64,000 bases of DNA from a virus, in the IMG/VR virus record IMGVR_UViG_3300047091_000002, positions 32,001-96,000 of that record; one strand, given 5' to 3'. Position 1 is the first letter of the stretch, and every line of letters begins with the position of its first letter. This document shows positions 37,562 through 47,390 of this stretch, piece after piece. The notes under the pieces were generated by a model. The model saw only the letters and a program-made list of their open reading frames with translations, did not search any database and had not been told where the DNA came from. Both the position numbers and the translations under genes were made by a program.

Positions 37562-37811
37562 CTGCTATCTCCTTTTGCAGGGAGACTTTATCCAGCCTCT
37601 CTCGCAATTCTTGTATTTCGTTTATAAATTGTTTATTTTGTCCTAGAGAATGTATCGCCTTAGCACAGGCATCTGCCCAGCGATTATCGAATTCCCAAGG
37701 AGTAAGTCTCGCAATAACTGAAAATAAACCTATTACTACACCTGCACCTATTAATAGACTATCCCAATTATGTACCACCCAATTAGCAGTTCCTAATAAA
37801 TCTATAGACAT
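37485..37811 (-). CDS. small membrane protein (holin-like)
   Basis: WVVHNWDSLLIGAGVVIGLFSVIARLTP...DN pattern. Confidence 0.55.
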   Translation of the reverse strand: MSIDLLGTANWVVHNWDSLLIGAGVVIGLFSVIARLTPWEFDNRWADACAKAIHSLGQNKQFINEIQELRERLDKVSLQKEIADVRIKEALVEDKGNQDSTGYRESSS

Positions 37812-37821
37812 AAACTCAATT

Positions 37822-37854
37822 GGCGGGATGAGCCGCGAGAAAACCCATCCCGCC
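37822..37854 (-). terminator. hairpin downstream of the capsid gene
   Basis: GGCGGGATG / CATCCCGCC inverted repeat. Confidence 0.6.
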
Positions 37855-37890
37855 GCCTTTAGCTCGAAGTTACCTCCGAACTAAATTTAA

Positions 37891-38946
37891 TTACAGAGAC
37901 TTTGTAGCACCGTAGAGGGTGCGACTAAAGCGGGTATCAACTCCTTTAGTTTTTCCATCTCCCGGATTAGGATCCAAGGGAGAAATAAAACTATGTTCAA
38001 TCCAAATTACTGAACTGAATCGTCCGTAATCCGTGATCTCCCAAGGTCTAACTTCTACCGGCATTCCTATTAACTGAACCAGCGGCCCAGCACCCTGTCC
38101 TCGTAGGAAATCTTCTCGTTCTCGATTAATTAGACCTTCCGCAGAACCTAACGGGAAAAGACCGAACAAAGAAGTACCAAACATAAATGCCTGAGAAGCA
38201 TTAAACGTGGGAGAAGTTCCACCAGTTTTCTTAGGAATATTATTGGATTCAATGAAACGAACACCTCCGTAGACTCCAAGTTCCCCAGTGAAAATCGGGG
38301 CGCTGGACGCAATACCACGAGTAGTAGCATCAAGGAATTTTTGTTCTTGTAAAAGCGTACTCTTAATAAGAGGATCAATTATTGCAATGAAGTTTCCATC
38401 GGGGAATTGCGGAATATGGGCATCCGACATCGAACCAGCAACCTTGAGGAAAAAATCCGTGGTATAGTAATCAGTTCCAGCAAGGGTAGCAAGTGATGTC
38501 CCACCAACATAATTGCGATACGTATTTTGCTCAAAGCGATAACGGGCCAACGAATCTCGCCAATTATGGTAATCCTCTGCGAGAACAGAACCATTAATTT
38601 CTGCAATATCATGAATAGAGTGTTTTACATCATATTCTTTAAGTTGATAAGCATTTTTCAAGAGATATTCTTCAAGAGTAATCTCTTGTTTATTCATCGA
38701 AAAATTCTGTACCGCATTATCGGATACTTTCGATGCTAGGGTCGCAAGCTTACGATCCGTAGTAGGATCACTTACAGGATCGGCAAATACTGGACCTTCT
38801 ACCCTGATAGTATCTCCGGGTTGGGCAGTAAAGTCGAACTGCTCCATAACAAATTGGTGAAAAATGTACTTAGGTACAGGTTCCATGTGAAGTCGCTGTT
38901 CCATCAAAGGAATCAGTTCATCTGGATAAGTCGGGGTCGTCGCCAT
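37891..38946 (-). CDS. major capsid protein (HK97 fold)
   Basis: 351 aa; GDTIRV, FIAIIDP, GELGVYGGVRFIESN; RBS AAGGAG; downstream of scaffold. Confidence 0.85.
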   Translation of the reverse strand: MATTPTYPDELIPLMEQRLHMEPVPKYIFHQFVMEQFDFTAQPGDTIRVEGPVFADPVSDPTTDRKLATLASKVSDNAVQNFSMNKQEITLEEYLLKNAYQLKEYDVKHSIHDIAEINGSVLAEDYHNWRDSLARYRFEQNTYRNYVGGTSLATLAGTDYYTTDFFLKVAGSMSDAHIPQFPDGNFIAIIDPLIKSTLLQEQKFLDATTRGIASSAPIFTGELGVYGGVRFIESNNIPKKTGGTSPTFNASQAFMFGTSLFGLFPLGSAEGLINREREDFLRGQGAGPLVQLIGMPVEVRPWEITDYGRFSSVIWIEHSFISPLDPNPGDGKTKGVDTRFSRTLYGATKSL

Positions 38947-39016
38947 CTTTTATCTCCTTTAGAATCGTATCTTAGCGCAGTCCCTTTGATGGAAGCAGCG
39001 CAAATAAAATAGTAGT

Positions 39017-39886
39017 TTACGCTACAGCGCGGCTTTGTGCCGCAATAACCTTATCAATCGTAGGTCTATTTAAATTATAAAATTTACGAGCCTCTACTTT
39101 AGCTTCTGCATGTTTCCGATGTTTATCTACCGGATTCAATCCACTAAACGGGGCTAGAAATTCGGCAGCAGTTTTTTCCTGGTCCTGCCAATCTGCATAG
39201 ATTGCCATTTCAGAATCGCTAATACCTTCCATCTCTCTATCCACTCGCATGGGTTTACGGCTACCATCCTTGCGAGAAATTTCTGCATCTATCTCGGATT
39301 TATTCTGATTATAAATGCGTCTACGTTCCATTTTCTCTTCGGGATCATCTGTTTTCGCTAAAGCAAAATATCGTTTACTATACGAAGAAAGTTTAGAGGC
39401 ACTTGCCGAATCCTGTCCAGAAACCTCTTCAATATCAGGCGGCTGTGATCGAATTTGCAAATGTTCAGAGATAAGTTTATTCTGTTCCTGAACATCATCT
39501 GACGTTTGCTTTGCATTAGATGCAAGTTCGGTAAAAGCTGCAAGCTGGCTATCTGCTTGAGCAAGGGCAGTAGATAGCCTCTCAGTCTCAATCTCTAAAC
39601 TCTGAACATGCGTATCAAGAGATGCATTTTCCCCAATCACTTTCTCAAGATCTTTGGCAAGAGCTTCATTTTCGTTGGCTAATTCGGAATTAATTTTAGC
39701 TAAAGCGGCTGCACGAGTATCTTCTGATGCAGTAGCTTCCTTCAAACTGTCATTCTCTTCGGTCAGAGCTTGAACGATGTTAGCGTTCTCAGTAGCTACA
39801 TCCTCAAGTTCTTTAACTCTTGCTTCAAGTTCTTTAACCCGCGCAAGCGCTTGTCCCATTTCTACGGGAGCTTCAATCTTAGGCAT
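39017..39886 (-). CDS. capsid scaffolding protein
   Basis: Long acidic coiled coil between protease and capsid genes. Confidence 0.7.
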   Translation of the reverse strand: MPKIEAPVEMGQALARVKELEARVKELEDVATENANIVQALTEENDSLKEATASEDTRAAALAKINSELANENEALAKDLEKVIGENASLDTHVQSLEIETERLSTALAQADSQLAAFTELASNAKQTSDDVQEQNKLISEHLQIRSQPPDIEEVSGQDSASASKLSSYSKRYFALAKTDDPEEKMERRRIYNQNKSEIDAEISRKDGSRKPMRVDREMEGISDSEMAIYADWQDQEKTAAEFLAPFSGLNPVDKHRKHAEAKVEARKFYNLNRPTIDKVIAAQSRAVA

Positions 39887-39897
39887 TTTTCTTTCTC

Positions 39898-40911
39898 CTA
39901 TGAAGTAATAGTTTGCGAACCTACTGGCATGGCTAACTTAGTGTTATCCCAAGTAAGATGCTCCGTAGTAAACGCTTGTGAATTTGCATGTCTGTGAAGA
40001 AGCGCAGTTGCTTTTTCGATAGCTTGCGCCTCCGTTTTGTTGGGCATCAATTGTATGCCTGCCCTGGTAACTGCTCCGTCTGATACAAGTCCAAATGTCA
40101 GAGCGTCGTCAACACCTGTCATAACACAACTAATTAGATTACCTTCTTCTGTTCTTCCTCCTGTGAAACCATGTTCATCACACTCTGTAAAACAGAAAGA
40201 ATGCGTAAGAGGAGTCATACATTCGGAACAGAGATCGGTTCCCGGAGTAGTAGAGAAACATACCGATTCATCCTTAATTAGACCTGATTTAATTTTTGAT
40301 ATGGTATCATCTCCTGCTATAAAAGGAAACGCTACTGTTCCCCATAAGGCAGTATATACTCCATCATAGGCATTTCCGCCGGGAAGTATAGACATCATTT
40401 TATCAGTAGGTCTATTAGGATGAAGATTTGAACTAGGATCATACCCTAACCCTAAATCAATAATTCTACATCTAGCATCTTGAACTCTAAAGGAATGATT
40501 AAAATCGTTTGCTCGACCTAAATATTTAGTATAAAGATCGGATAATCCTTTAAAACTCATTACTGCGGAGCGATCTCTAATCAAATCATTGTCAAACAGA
40601 AGTATTTGAGCTACAAAACCGTTTTCATCAAGAATTCCTCCGCCGGTAACTTCTTTATATCGTGCAATCTCTTCTTTAGTGGGCGGTCCAGCATTGCGAG
40701 TCATTCCCAAGGTTTCATAACTAGGTGCCTCAGCCCTACCTACGGGGATATTAACATCGGCTATACCTAATTCAGAAAGAGTAGAAAACAACATCCTGTG
40801 GGCTTCTGTGGATGTTATCATTTTTCCAGAAGATGTAGTGATATTATACCACTTAAGAAGTCGTTTACGAACAGATTTACGTTCTTGCTCAGTCAATTTT
40901 ATTAGTGCCAT
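39898..40911 (-). CDS. prohead maturation protease
   Basis: DRD-like start, NH, ESVCFS, CxxC..C.H insert, FGLVSDGA; synteny. Confidence 0.7.
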   Translation of the reverse strand: MALIKLTEQERKSVRKRLLKWYNITTSSGKMITSTEAHRMLFSTLSELGIADVNIPVGRAEAPSYETLGMTRNAGPPTKEEIARYKEVTGGGILDENGFVAQILLFDNDLIRDRSAVMSFKGLSDLYTKYLGRANDFNHSFRVQDARCRIIDLGLGYDPSSNLHPNRPTDKMMSILPGGNAYDGVYTALWGTVAFPFIAGDDTISKIKSGLIKDESVCFSTTPGTDLCSECMTPLTHSFCFTECDEHGFTGGRTEEGNLISCVMTGVDDALTFGLVSDGAVTRAGIQLMPNKTEAQAIEKATALLHRHANSQAFTTEHLTWDNTKLAMPVGSQTITS

Positions 40912-42481
40912 AAATACCCAACTCTTCTCTTACTATTTGACGAAGTTGATTTTCACGTTCTGCATCATCTATCAATAACTCTTTTAATAATAAACGTTGT
41001 ACTGAATTAACTTGAGTTTGATTTTCTTCATCATTATTATCAGCACCAACTCCCTTACCTTGATCGTTATTATTTGATATATCTGGAGATGACGCGAGTG
41101 GAAAAATACCGTTTTCTCTTTCTCGCATCATAGCCCTTACTAACGCTTTAGAATCTTGATAACCTAATTGTTGGTGGGCTGTTTCAAGGGGAATCATCCC
41201 AATTGTCCACTCAAGACTAACTCTTTTAGTCTTTTGACTACGAGATTCACCTATATCGGGCCAAGTAATCTTCCAATCAATTCTCTTTACGCCGTACTTC
41301 TCAGGATTATTTTTATCGTAGCCGTGAAGGGCAAATTCAAGATCAATTGCTGGTCCGAGATGTTCTGTAAAATCTTGCCTAAGAGAATTAATCTTACGGG
41401 CATATTTTTGGTCTAGAGAATTGGATAAATGTCTTCCAGCTATATCCTTTGGATTCCCCGTTATGTGTCCGGGTATCCCCAAAGCCTCAACAAAACGATT
41501 TTCTAAATCTCTATGAGTCTCTAATAAAGCTCGTATAGAATCGGCATCACTAGTATTAGGAAATTCAATTTCAACTTCTCCGGTTCTTACTACATAAAAG
41601 CGGTTAATATCTGCTGGATTATCTCTAAGTTCTTGCTTATAATCCTTTATCTCTTTTTCAGAAGGTCCATCTAAACGACCTTGTTTGCCTAATTTATGTA
41701 ATTCCGGCGGAACTGCCCTAGTATGAATAGCTACTATAAGATCTAACTCAATAAGTTTAAATTGTTCCCAACGACCTTTCAGCGGTTCATAAATAGAATC
41801 TCCAAAGGGTTTATAATCTTTTCCTCTATACTTGAAATGAACTATTTGTTGCGGAATTGTCCAATGAACGGGGTATCTATCACGGGCTATCAAACATTGA
41901 TCGTATCCTATCAAGTGACCTAAATCATCGTGTACGGGGCGCATTTGCCAAGTCGGCAGCATCATAATACAATCTACCTGACCTAGACCTGTTTCAGTAT
42001 TTAGATCGATATGCTGTTCCACAAAACAATTTCCAGCTTCAACCATTTCGTGGATAATATGTTTGGTTCTATATCCAACTCCGGTTCGATTAGCAAAACT
42101 TTCACCGATAACTTGCATATCTTCGCAAAGCTTTTCAGCTACTTCTTCCGAAGCTTCAGAGTCATCTAGCGGCTCTACTTTAACGGAGATGCCCCAGGCG
42201 CACCGCTCTCCATTTTCATCAAGAGCCGCATCCTCTGCCATTTGCCAAAGTGCCTGATCCGCAGGGGGCATGTTGGCTTTTACATCCATTATATAGGAGA
42301 AAAGAGAAAAATCTCTTGTAGGGCGTTCTATGCGAACATTCCCCTGCTGCCCTAATAATTGAAGACGTTCTTTTTGGAGAGGAGGTTTACCAGATCTAAG
42401 GGGCGGTTTCTCGCTAACACGCCCCATCATACGATCTATTATTTCTCGAAGAAGTTTGAGTACCGAACGTGGTCTCGCCAA
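40889..42481 (-). CDS. portal protein
   Basis: 530 aa; IVHFKYRG..PFGDSIY; ALGIPG; TTG start. Confidence 0.85.
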   Translation of the reverse strand: MARPRSVLKLLREIIDRMMGRVSEKPPLRSGKPPLQKERLQLLGQQGNVRIERPTRDFSLFSYIMDVKANMPPADQALWQMAEDAALDENGERCAWGISVKVEPLDDSEASEEVAEKLCEDMQVIGESFANRTGVGYRTKHIIHEMVEAGNCFVEQHIDLNTETGLGQVDCIMMLPTWQMRPVHDDLGHLIGYDQCLIARDRYPVHWTIPQQIVHFKYRGKDYKPFGDSIYEPLKGRWEQFKLIELDLIVAIHTRAVPPELHKLGKQGRLDGPSEKEIKDYKQELRDNPADINRFYVVRTGEVEIEFPNTSDADSIRALLETHRDLENRFVEALGIPGHITGNPKDIAGRHLSNSLDQKYARKINSLRQDFTEHLGPAIDLEFALHGYDKNNPEKYGVKRIDWKITWPDIGESRSQKTKRVSLEWTIGMIPLETAHQQLGYQDSKALVRAMMRERENGIFPLASSPDISNNNDQGKGVGADNNDEENQTQVNSVQRLLLKELLIDDAERENQLRQIVREELGIYGTNKID

Positions 42482-42511
42482 GATTTTCCTAAATAGGTAA
42501 GTTATTATAAA

Positions 42512-42868
42512 TTACACTTCAAAAGCTATTTGAATGTTTCCAGCCAAATTAGAAGCCCCACTTATGGAGGCTCGACTAGGGTAGTTGCCAGTTTTGATTT
42601 CTCCTACTTCTCTTGCTAATTCCGCTGAGAACATTGCAAAGGCTTCAGATGTTTCATCATCAAGACCGGGAACAAAATTAACCTGAAACGTTTGCGCTCT
42701 TTCGTTAGAAAAGACCATTACAAATCGTATCGCGTCTTTTCCAACTGCTACAGTAAGTGTGGTATAGTCTTCATCGTGCGGATTACGAAGAGTTTGGTTT
42801 ATTTGAACAGCAATAGATTCAATATTATAATCGAATCCAAGATCAGTAGTCAGATTAAAAATCGCCAA
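42512..42868 (-). CDS. hypothetical protein
   Basis: 118 aa; TTG start. Confidence 0.55.
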   Translation of the reverse strand: MAIFNLTTDLGFDYNIESIAVQINQTLRNPHDEDYTTLTVAVGKDAIRFVMVFSNERAQTFQVNFVPGLDDETSEAFAMFSAELAREVGEIKTGNYPSRASISGASNLAGNIQIAFEV

Positions 42869-42898
42869 CTATTGTCCCCCTTAGATACTAAAAATATA

Positions 42899-43666
42899 TT
42901 ACCAACTTGGAATATATCGAGTTATCCCATTATCATCCACGGGAATCCATTTTGTGGGATTTCCAGTGACCGGACCTGCTGTAAGAGTCGGTACATTGCT
43001 AGTGCTTCCAGCAGGAAAAGCATTATTAAATGCTCGCATCAAAAAATTAGGATTAAAACTATAATAATCTCTAACCATTATATCACGAAATGCACTTGCC
43101 GCATCATTTAAAATTTTTACTACCTGATCACCGCCATCAGATTTAATACAAAGTCCCGCAGCACCAAGTACAAAGGTCGATGCCCGTATTACGCCCCAAT
43201 TAGCTAAAGTACCGGAGCTATTAAAGGTATAAACTGAGAGAGTACCCTGCCCAAAATTGTCGTCTGTAAATACTATAGCGGGATTATTCGTTTGTGATCC
43301 GTTAAATATAAACGCTCCAGAGTTTCGAGCAATTCCTAATGTTATCGCTACGCCGTTATCAGTAACCAGTGACGAGCCGCCCGAAGCGTTAATAGTTGTA
43401 TCCGTAATACTTAAATTAGTTCCAAGGCTTAGATACTTATGGGCAGTTCCACTATGATCCCAAAATAGAAGTCTATCACTTCCAGGTGAAGTCAGGGCTG
43501 CAATATCTGAAAGATTTGAATTAAGTGGTTGTCGTGAACTAATAAGATTCCCAACTTCAACATAATTCGTTACCGGAGTATCTCCAGACATATCAGCAAT
43601 CGCTAGACGATCTAATAGTCCCGGAACTCCGAGTTCTAATAACTCCCAAATAGTTTTATTAGCCAT
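42899..43666 (-). CDS. fibre/whisker-like virion protein
   Basis: LSDIAALT...LSLGTNLSITDTTINASGG; C-terminal GNPTKWIPVDDNGITRYIPSW typical of fibre tips. Confidence 0.6.
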   Translation of the reverse strand: MANKTIWELLELGVPGLLDRLAIADMSGDTPVTNYVEVGNLISSRQPLNSNLSDIAALTSPGSDRLLFWDHSGTAHKYLSLGTNLSITDTTINASGGSSLVTDNGVAITLGIARNSGAFIFNGSQTNNPAIVFTDDNFGQGTLSVYTFNSSGTLANWGVIRASTFVLGAAGLCIKSDGGDQVVKILNDAASAFRDIMVRDYYSFNPNFLMRAFNNAFPAGSTSNVPTLTAGPVTGNPTKWIPVDDNGITRYIPSW

Positions 43667-43701
43667 TTATCCTTTGAAATCTCGCTAATAAAATTGTTAG
43701 A

Positions 43702-43860
43702 TTATTCAATTACTATGAAGATTCCATCTTCAGTAACAAGATTTATATCGGGAGAAACAAGTAGTCTGAATTGTTCTTCGTGCATGTAGCCACTTCCAGA
43801 TGTACCGGATTTTCCTAATTGAGATCCATAGCAAGTAACTAAATACCCAAGTGATTTCAT
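43702..43860 (-). CDS. 52-aa hypothetical protein (not in ORF track)
   Basis: MKSLGYLVTC...LVTEDGIFIVIE*; abuts the upstream stop. Confidence 0.5.
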   Translation of the reverse strand: MKSLGYLVTCYGSQLGKSGTSGSGYMHEEQFRLLVSPDINLVTEDGIFIVIE

Positions 43861-44160
43861 TTAATCCCCAAATACATATTGTGCTATAGCTCCAGAAGTC
43901 TCCTCAATTATTTGAAGAGTTACTCCCTCAAGGTCAATTATAACTGGTTGATCCCCCACCTTAAGAACAAATCCTACAGTAGCAGATGGAACATCATTTG
44001 ATCCGAGTGTAAATCTGATATTTTGGGCTAATGCTTGTATAAGAATTTTTCCACGAGTTCCAGCAATAGAAGAAAGATCTGTAACTGTTGAAAGAGTGGT
44101 ATCTGAAACATGATCTCCCTGCGGATAGAATTTGTTGACTACTGCGATTTCATCTGGCAT
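43861..44160 (-). CDS. small beta-rich virion protein candidate
   Basis: ILIQALAQNIRFTLG...PSATVGFVL pattern. Confidence 0.55.
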   Translation of the reverse strand: MPDEIAVVNKFYPQGDHVSDTTLSTVTDLSSIAGTRGKILIQALAQNIRFTLGSNDVPSATVGFVLKVGDQPVIIDLEGVTLQIIEETSGAIAQYVFGD

Positions 44161-46186
44161 TATTAGCTCCGGCTAAATTAGTTTGTTGATTTTCAGCTAA
44201 CTTTCTCGCAGCTTCTTCCTTATCTAATCTTTCTTGAATTACTGCGTAATCTTTTATTGGTCTTCCCCAACCATCTAGGTTTCTCTTAGCAGTAGTTCCG
44301 AATCTTCCATTTGCATATATGGCTGTTCCTACAGGAATTCTAAATTTATCTGATATTTCTCTTAATTGAGAACTGGTGATAACGTTGCGAATATTATCTT
44401 GGGTCACGCGAATAGAAGAAGCGGATGTAGGTCTATAGGACTGCCCCATACGAGAGGCTTCTTTTGCTATCCAAGCACCAATGGCTGTATCAGGAGTTAC
44501 ATCAATATCGTCGTATGTAAATGTCTGCATATCCCAAATAAAAGTACAAAGCGGACATCCGCAGGTTGTTGAATCTTTAGGATTAAGTTCCACTATATGA
44601 TGCCTTGGATGAGGAACCGGAACTCTCCAGCCACCTTGAGAAAATTCAATATCCAACCCAGGAAGTCCAATTTCCCTATCCATTTTATTTATTTTTCCAG
44701 TATGGAAGGGTTGTATCACATTATGACAGGTTAATCCCATCGTTGGGAACCATTTAATAATCTCTTCTTGGAGAGTATTACTTTCAACAAATATTAAACG
44801 AGGTCTGTATTCAAGATAGGCGGCTTCTAATTGATAACAGAAGGTAGGTTGATCCCAGTACGGTCCTTGGCTTGGGGCCATTTTTATATCAAGAACCTGC
44901 TTTACACCATCAGGTCGAATACCGAGAATAAAAATTACCGTACCGCGTCTTTTTGCGCTTGACATATCGCAACCAATATAAACGGGCCATGTTCTATCAA
45001 AATATGAAGGATGCGAAGAATCGCTTGCTAACTTCCAATCTTCTGAGTAAACGTATACTCTACCGGGAAGAAAATTAGGAAAGAATAAATCTCCAGATGC
45101 TTGAGGTCTTTGCCTGAATCCTTTTTGATATGCCTTCTGCCCTAATTTAGATTCGATTTTCTTTAAATAATCGGGTGATCGAAGCGCCCATCCTGGACCA
45201 GTAAATTCTATAGGATTTGCAATAGGACGATCCAAATAACTTTGAAACTTTGTAGTATCTATTCGGTTATCGAATATTTCATCTCTCCAATTCTTAAAAT
45301 CCTCTGGTACAGGATGTTGATCATCTTGCATTGCCCCATAAATCGAATAATCTAGATGTGTGCGATCTTCCGAAACTGCCTGCACCATCGTACAATAGGC
45401 ATCAGGGCTTGCTATAAACCTTGTTGCATAAATATCTTGTGCGTGGTATCTCGTACCAATAGCGCAAAGAATAGAATCCATACAAAGAATTTCACCATCA
45501 ATTGCTACTACTTGTTCTCCGCTTGCACGAGAAAGCCATTGAGTCGAAAACAGGCGATCTAACTCATCTCTTTTAGCTACACTGGAACTATTAGATTCTG
45601 ATGCAATATCATCAGGAATAATCACATCAGCACGAGCGCCATTTCCAGCATTAGCGGTATAACCATATGCGCTAAGGGACGAATCAACAGAACTTACAAA
45701 TCCGTCTATTCCATCAAGTGAATAGCGTTTAATATTTAAAACATGTTGATTCCAACTTCGGTCTTCATCAGCCTGAACATGAGGAAATACTTCTTTATAC
45801 TCTGGGGAAAACTTGATATAACGACCGACTTCCTCTAGCCGTTCACTTGCTGCCTTATCCGTAGCAGATACTAACATTATTCTAAGATTAGGGTTCCTTC
45901 CAAGTAGCCATAAAGGAAGGGCAAGGGCTATCGTTACAGTTTTACAAAATGTCATCGGAGCAATAATAAGACATTCTTTATTATTTTTCCAGCAATATCG
46001 AAGGTGTTTCCACCAAGCCATTTGATGCGGAGCAACTGTAACTTTACGACCCTGCTTATCCCTAATAACATATTCAAGAAAATGCATAAAATCCAATCTG
46101 GCTAGTTGAATTTTAGCTAATTTCTTTTTGTATTCTTGAGGAATTACAGGCTGTTTTTGTTTACGGGGTCTAATCTTGGATGGCAT
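44150..46186 (-). CDS. terL: terminase large subunit
   Basis: Degenerate Walker A (APMTFCKT), Walker B (VIIPDDI), GTRYHAQD, RNase H-like IGCD / ESN / PDT. Confidence 0.88.
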   Translation of the reverse strand: MPSKIRPRKQKQPVIPQEYKKKLAKIQLARLDFMHFLEYVIRDKQGRKVTVAPHQMAWWKHLRYCWKNNKECLIIAPMTFCKTVTIALALPLWLLGRNPNLRIMLVSATDKAASERLEEVGRYIKFSPEYKEVFPHVQADEDRSWNQHVLNIKRYSLDGIDGFVSSVDSSLSAYGYTANAGNGARADVIIPDDIASESNSSSVAKRDELDRLFSTQWLSRASGEQVVAIDGEILCMDSILCAIGTRYHAQDIYATRFIASPDAYCTMVQAVSEDRTHLDYSIYGAMQDDQHPVPEDFKNWRDEIFDNRIDTTKFQSYLDRPIANPIEFTGPGWALRSPDYLKKIESKLGQKAYQKGFRQRPQASGDLFFPNFLPGRVYVYSEDWKLASDSSHPSYFDRTWPVYIGCDMSSAKRRGTVIFILGIRPDGVKQVLDIKMAPSQGPYWDQPTFCYQLEAAYLEYRPRLIFVESNTLQEEIIKWFPTMGLTCHNVIQPFHTGKINKMDREIGLPGLDIEFSQGGWRVPVPHPRHHIVELNPKDSTTCGCPLCTFIWDMQTFTYDDIDVTPDTAIGAWIAKEASRMGQSYRPTSASSIRVTQDNIRNVITSSQLREISDKFRIPVGTAIYANGRFGTTAKRNLDGWGRPIKDYAVIQERLDKEEAARKLAENQQTNLAGANNAR

Positions 46187-46347
46187 TAACTCTTTTATAC
46201 AACTCTTCGCCCTTGTATTAAATCAATAATTAAAACAATTAAAGCTATTACAAGAAATAGATGAATTAATCCTCCGATACCGCCAATTAATCCCAGTAAC
46301 CATAGAATTAGTAAGATAAGAAATACGTACCAAAGCATAGTATTTAT

Positions 46348-46731
46348 CTAAAAAGGTCTGCATCCTTTATCATATCCGACTAGAAATCCACGTTTATACT
46401 CTTCACTGTTTGCATGCCTATAATCGAATACAAAGTTCGGTTCGCAGGGGAAGTTACGTCTATAATCTCGTCTACCATTATATAAACCATCCCAATAACC
46501 ACGTTGGTAATCATCGTGTATAAATTGTCTTCGATGCCAATAAGGATAGCGTCGATCAAGTCGAGGTAATATATAAAGTCTAAACTTTAAACGATTTTGA
46601 TTTCCTCGTCGCTGCTCATACCTATGACGTGGTTGCTCACTTCTATGTTGAGGAAAAGCTGTTACGGATAAAAGCAGTATCGCAAGTAAACTCGCTATAA
46701 CTGATTTAATCTTTCTCATTTTCATCTCCAA
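46348..46731 (-). CDS. secreted Arg/Tyr-rich protein
   Basis: Signal peptide; YQRGYWDG..GRRD...EEYKRGFLVGYDKG. Confidence 0.65.
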   Translation of the reverse strand: MEMKMRKIKSVIASLLAILLLSVTAFPQHRSEQPRHRYEQRRGNQNRLKFRLYILPRLDRRYPYWHRRQFIHDDYQRGYWDGLYNGRRDYRRNFPCEPNFVFDYRHANSEEYKRGFLVGYDKGCRPF

Positions 46732-46743
46732 CTAAAAGAAAAT

Positions 46744-46767
46744 GAGCCGACCAACTAAGATCGGCTC
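46744..46767 (-). terminator. intrinsic terminator
   Basis: GAGCCGA/TCGGCTC stem followed by a U-rich tract on -. Confidence 0.65.
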
Positions 46768-46785
46768 TAATACAGTAAAATCAAC

Positions 46786-46995
46786 CTACCCCTCTGCTGG
46801 GGTATTACTTACTATCGCCTCTCCCAGCCGTATTGCTTGCGCTCGCATCCCATCTACGATAGCCTGAACTCGAACAGGATCTTCCTTCTCGGCTTCCACG
46901 CGATCTGCAAAACCGTTAATCAAGGCAACCGCAGAATCCACTACGGTAGTAATATTAGCAACCTCCGCCTCAAGCGGACTAAGATCTGTAGGCAT
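46786..46995 (-). CDS. small helical protein, paralog A
   Basis: RBS AAGGAG; similar to the C-terminus of 47039-47389. Confidence 0.7.
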   Translation of the reverse strand: MPTDLSPLEAEVANITTVVDSAVALINGFADRVEAEKEDPVRVQAIVDGMRAQAIRLGEAIVSNTPAEG

Positions 46996-47038
46996 TTTTA
47001 AAAGCTCCTTTCGTTAATTAACACTAACAGAAGGTTAC

Positions 47039-47389
47039 TCAACTATTTGGGATATTCTCTTGAACGGCACTACTAAGTGCCTCAGTCTGTTCTCTAAGTT
47101 TATTGGCTAATACCTGGACTTTGGGATCTTCATTAGTTTCTAATTCATCCGCAATGCCCTGAACAAGAGTTTTAATAGATTCGTCAAGCGCGGTTCCCGC
47201 CGCTATCTTTTCCGTAAGAGCAACTAGATCTGCCGATTGTTCTTTCTCTGTTTTGAAAATAATTCTCAAAAGTCGAGAAGTGTGATCCCGAACTTCTTCT
47301 ATCTGGCTAGATAGATTTTGAAGATCGAAAAAGAATGATAAAACGTTCGGATCTCTCGATTCGATTGTAATCTTTGTAGATTCGCTCAT
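47039..47389 (-). CDS. small helical protein, paralog B
   Basis: DL..L....T....S...L..G.A..E...DP.VQ.....R.Q...L..A...N.P shared with paralog A. Confidence 0.7.
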   Translation of the reverse strand: MSESTKITIESRDPNVLSFFFDLQNLSSQIEEVRDHTSRLLRIIFKTEKEQSADLVALTEKIAAGTALDESIKTLVQGIADELETNEDPKVQVLANKLREQTEALSSAVQENIPNS

Positions 47390-47390
47390 A

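Noticed and set aside
13075-42257. Many + strand ORFs in the track over the late genes (e.g. 13075-13416, 26283-26687, 37510-37884) and nested - strand ORFs such as 38148-38739
   Set aside because: They are antisense or off-frame shadows of long coding genes, with no RBS or recognisable motifs
44150-46186. Intein in the long terminase
   Set aside because: No C/S-start splice block, HN-C/S/T end or LAGLIDADG motif; the extra length comes from short insertions
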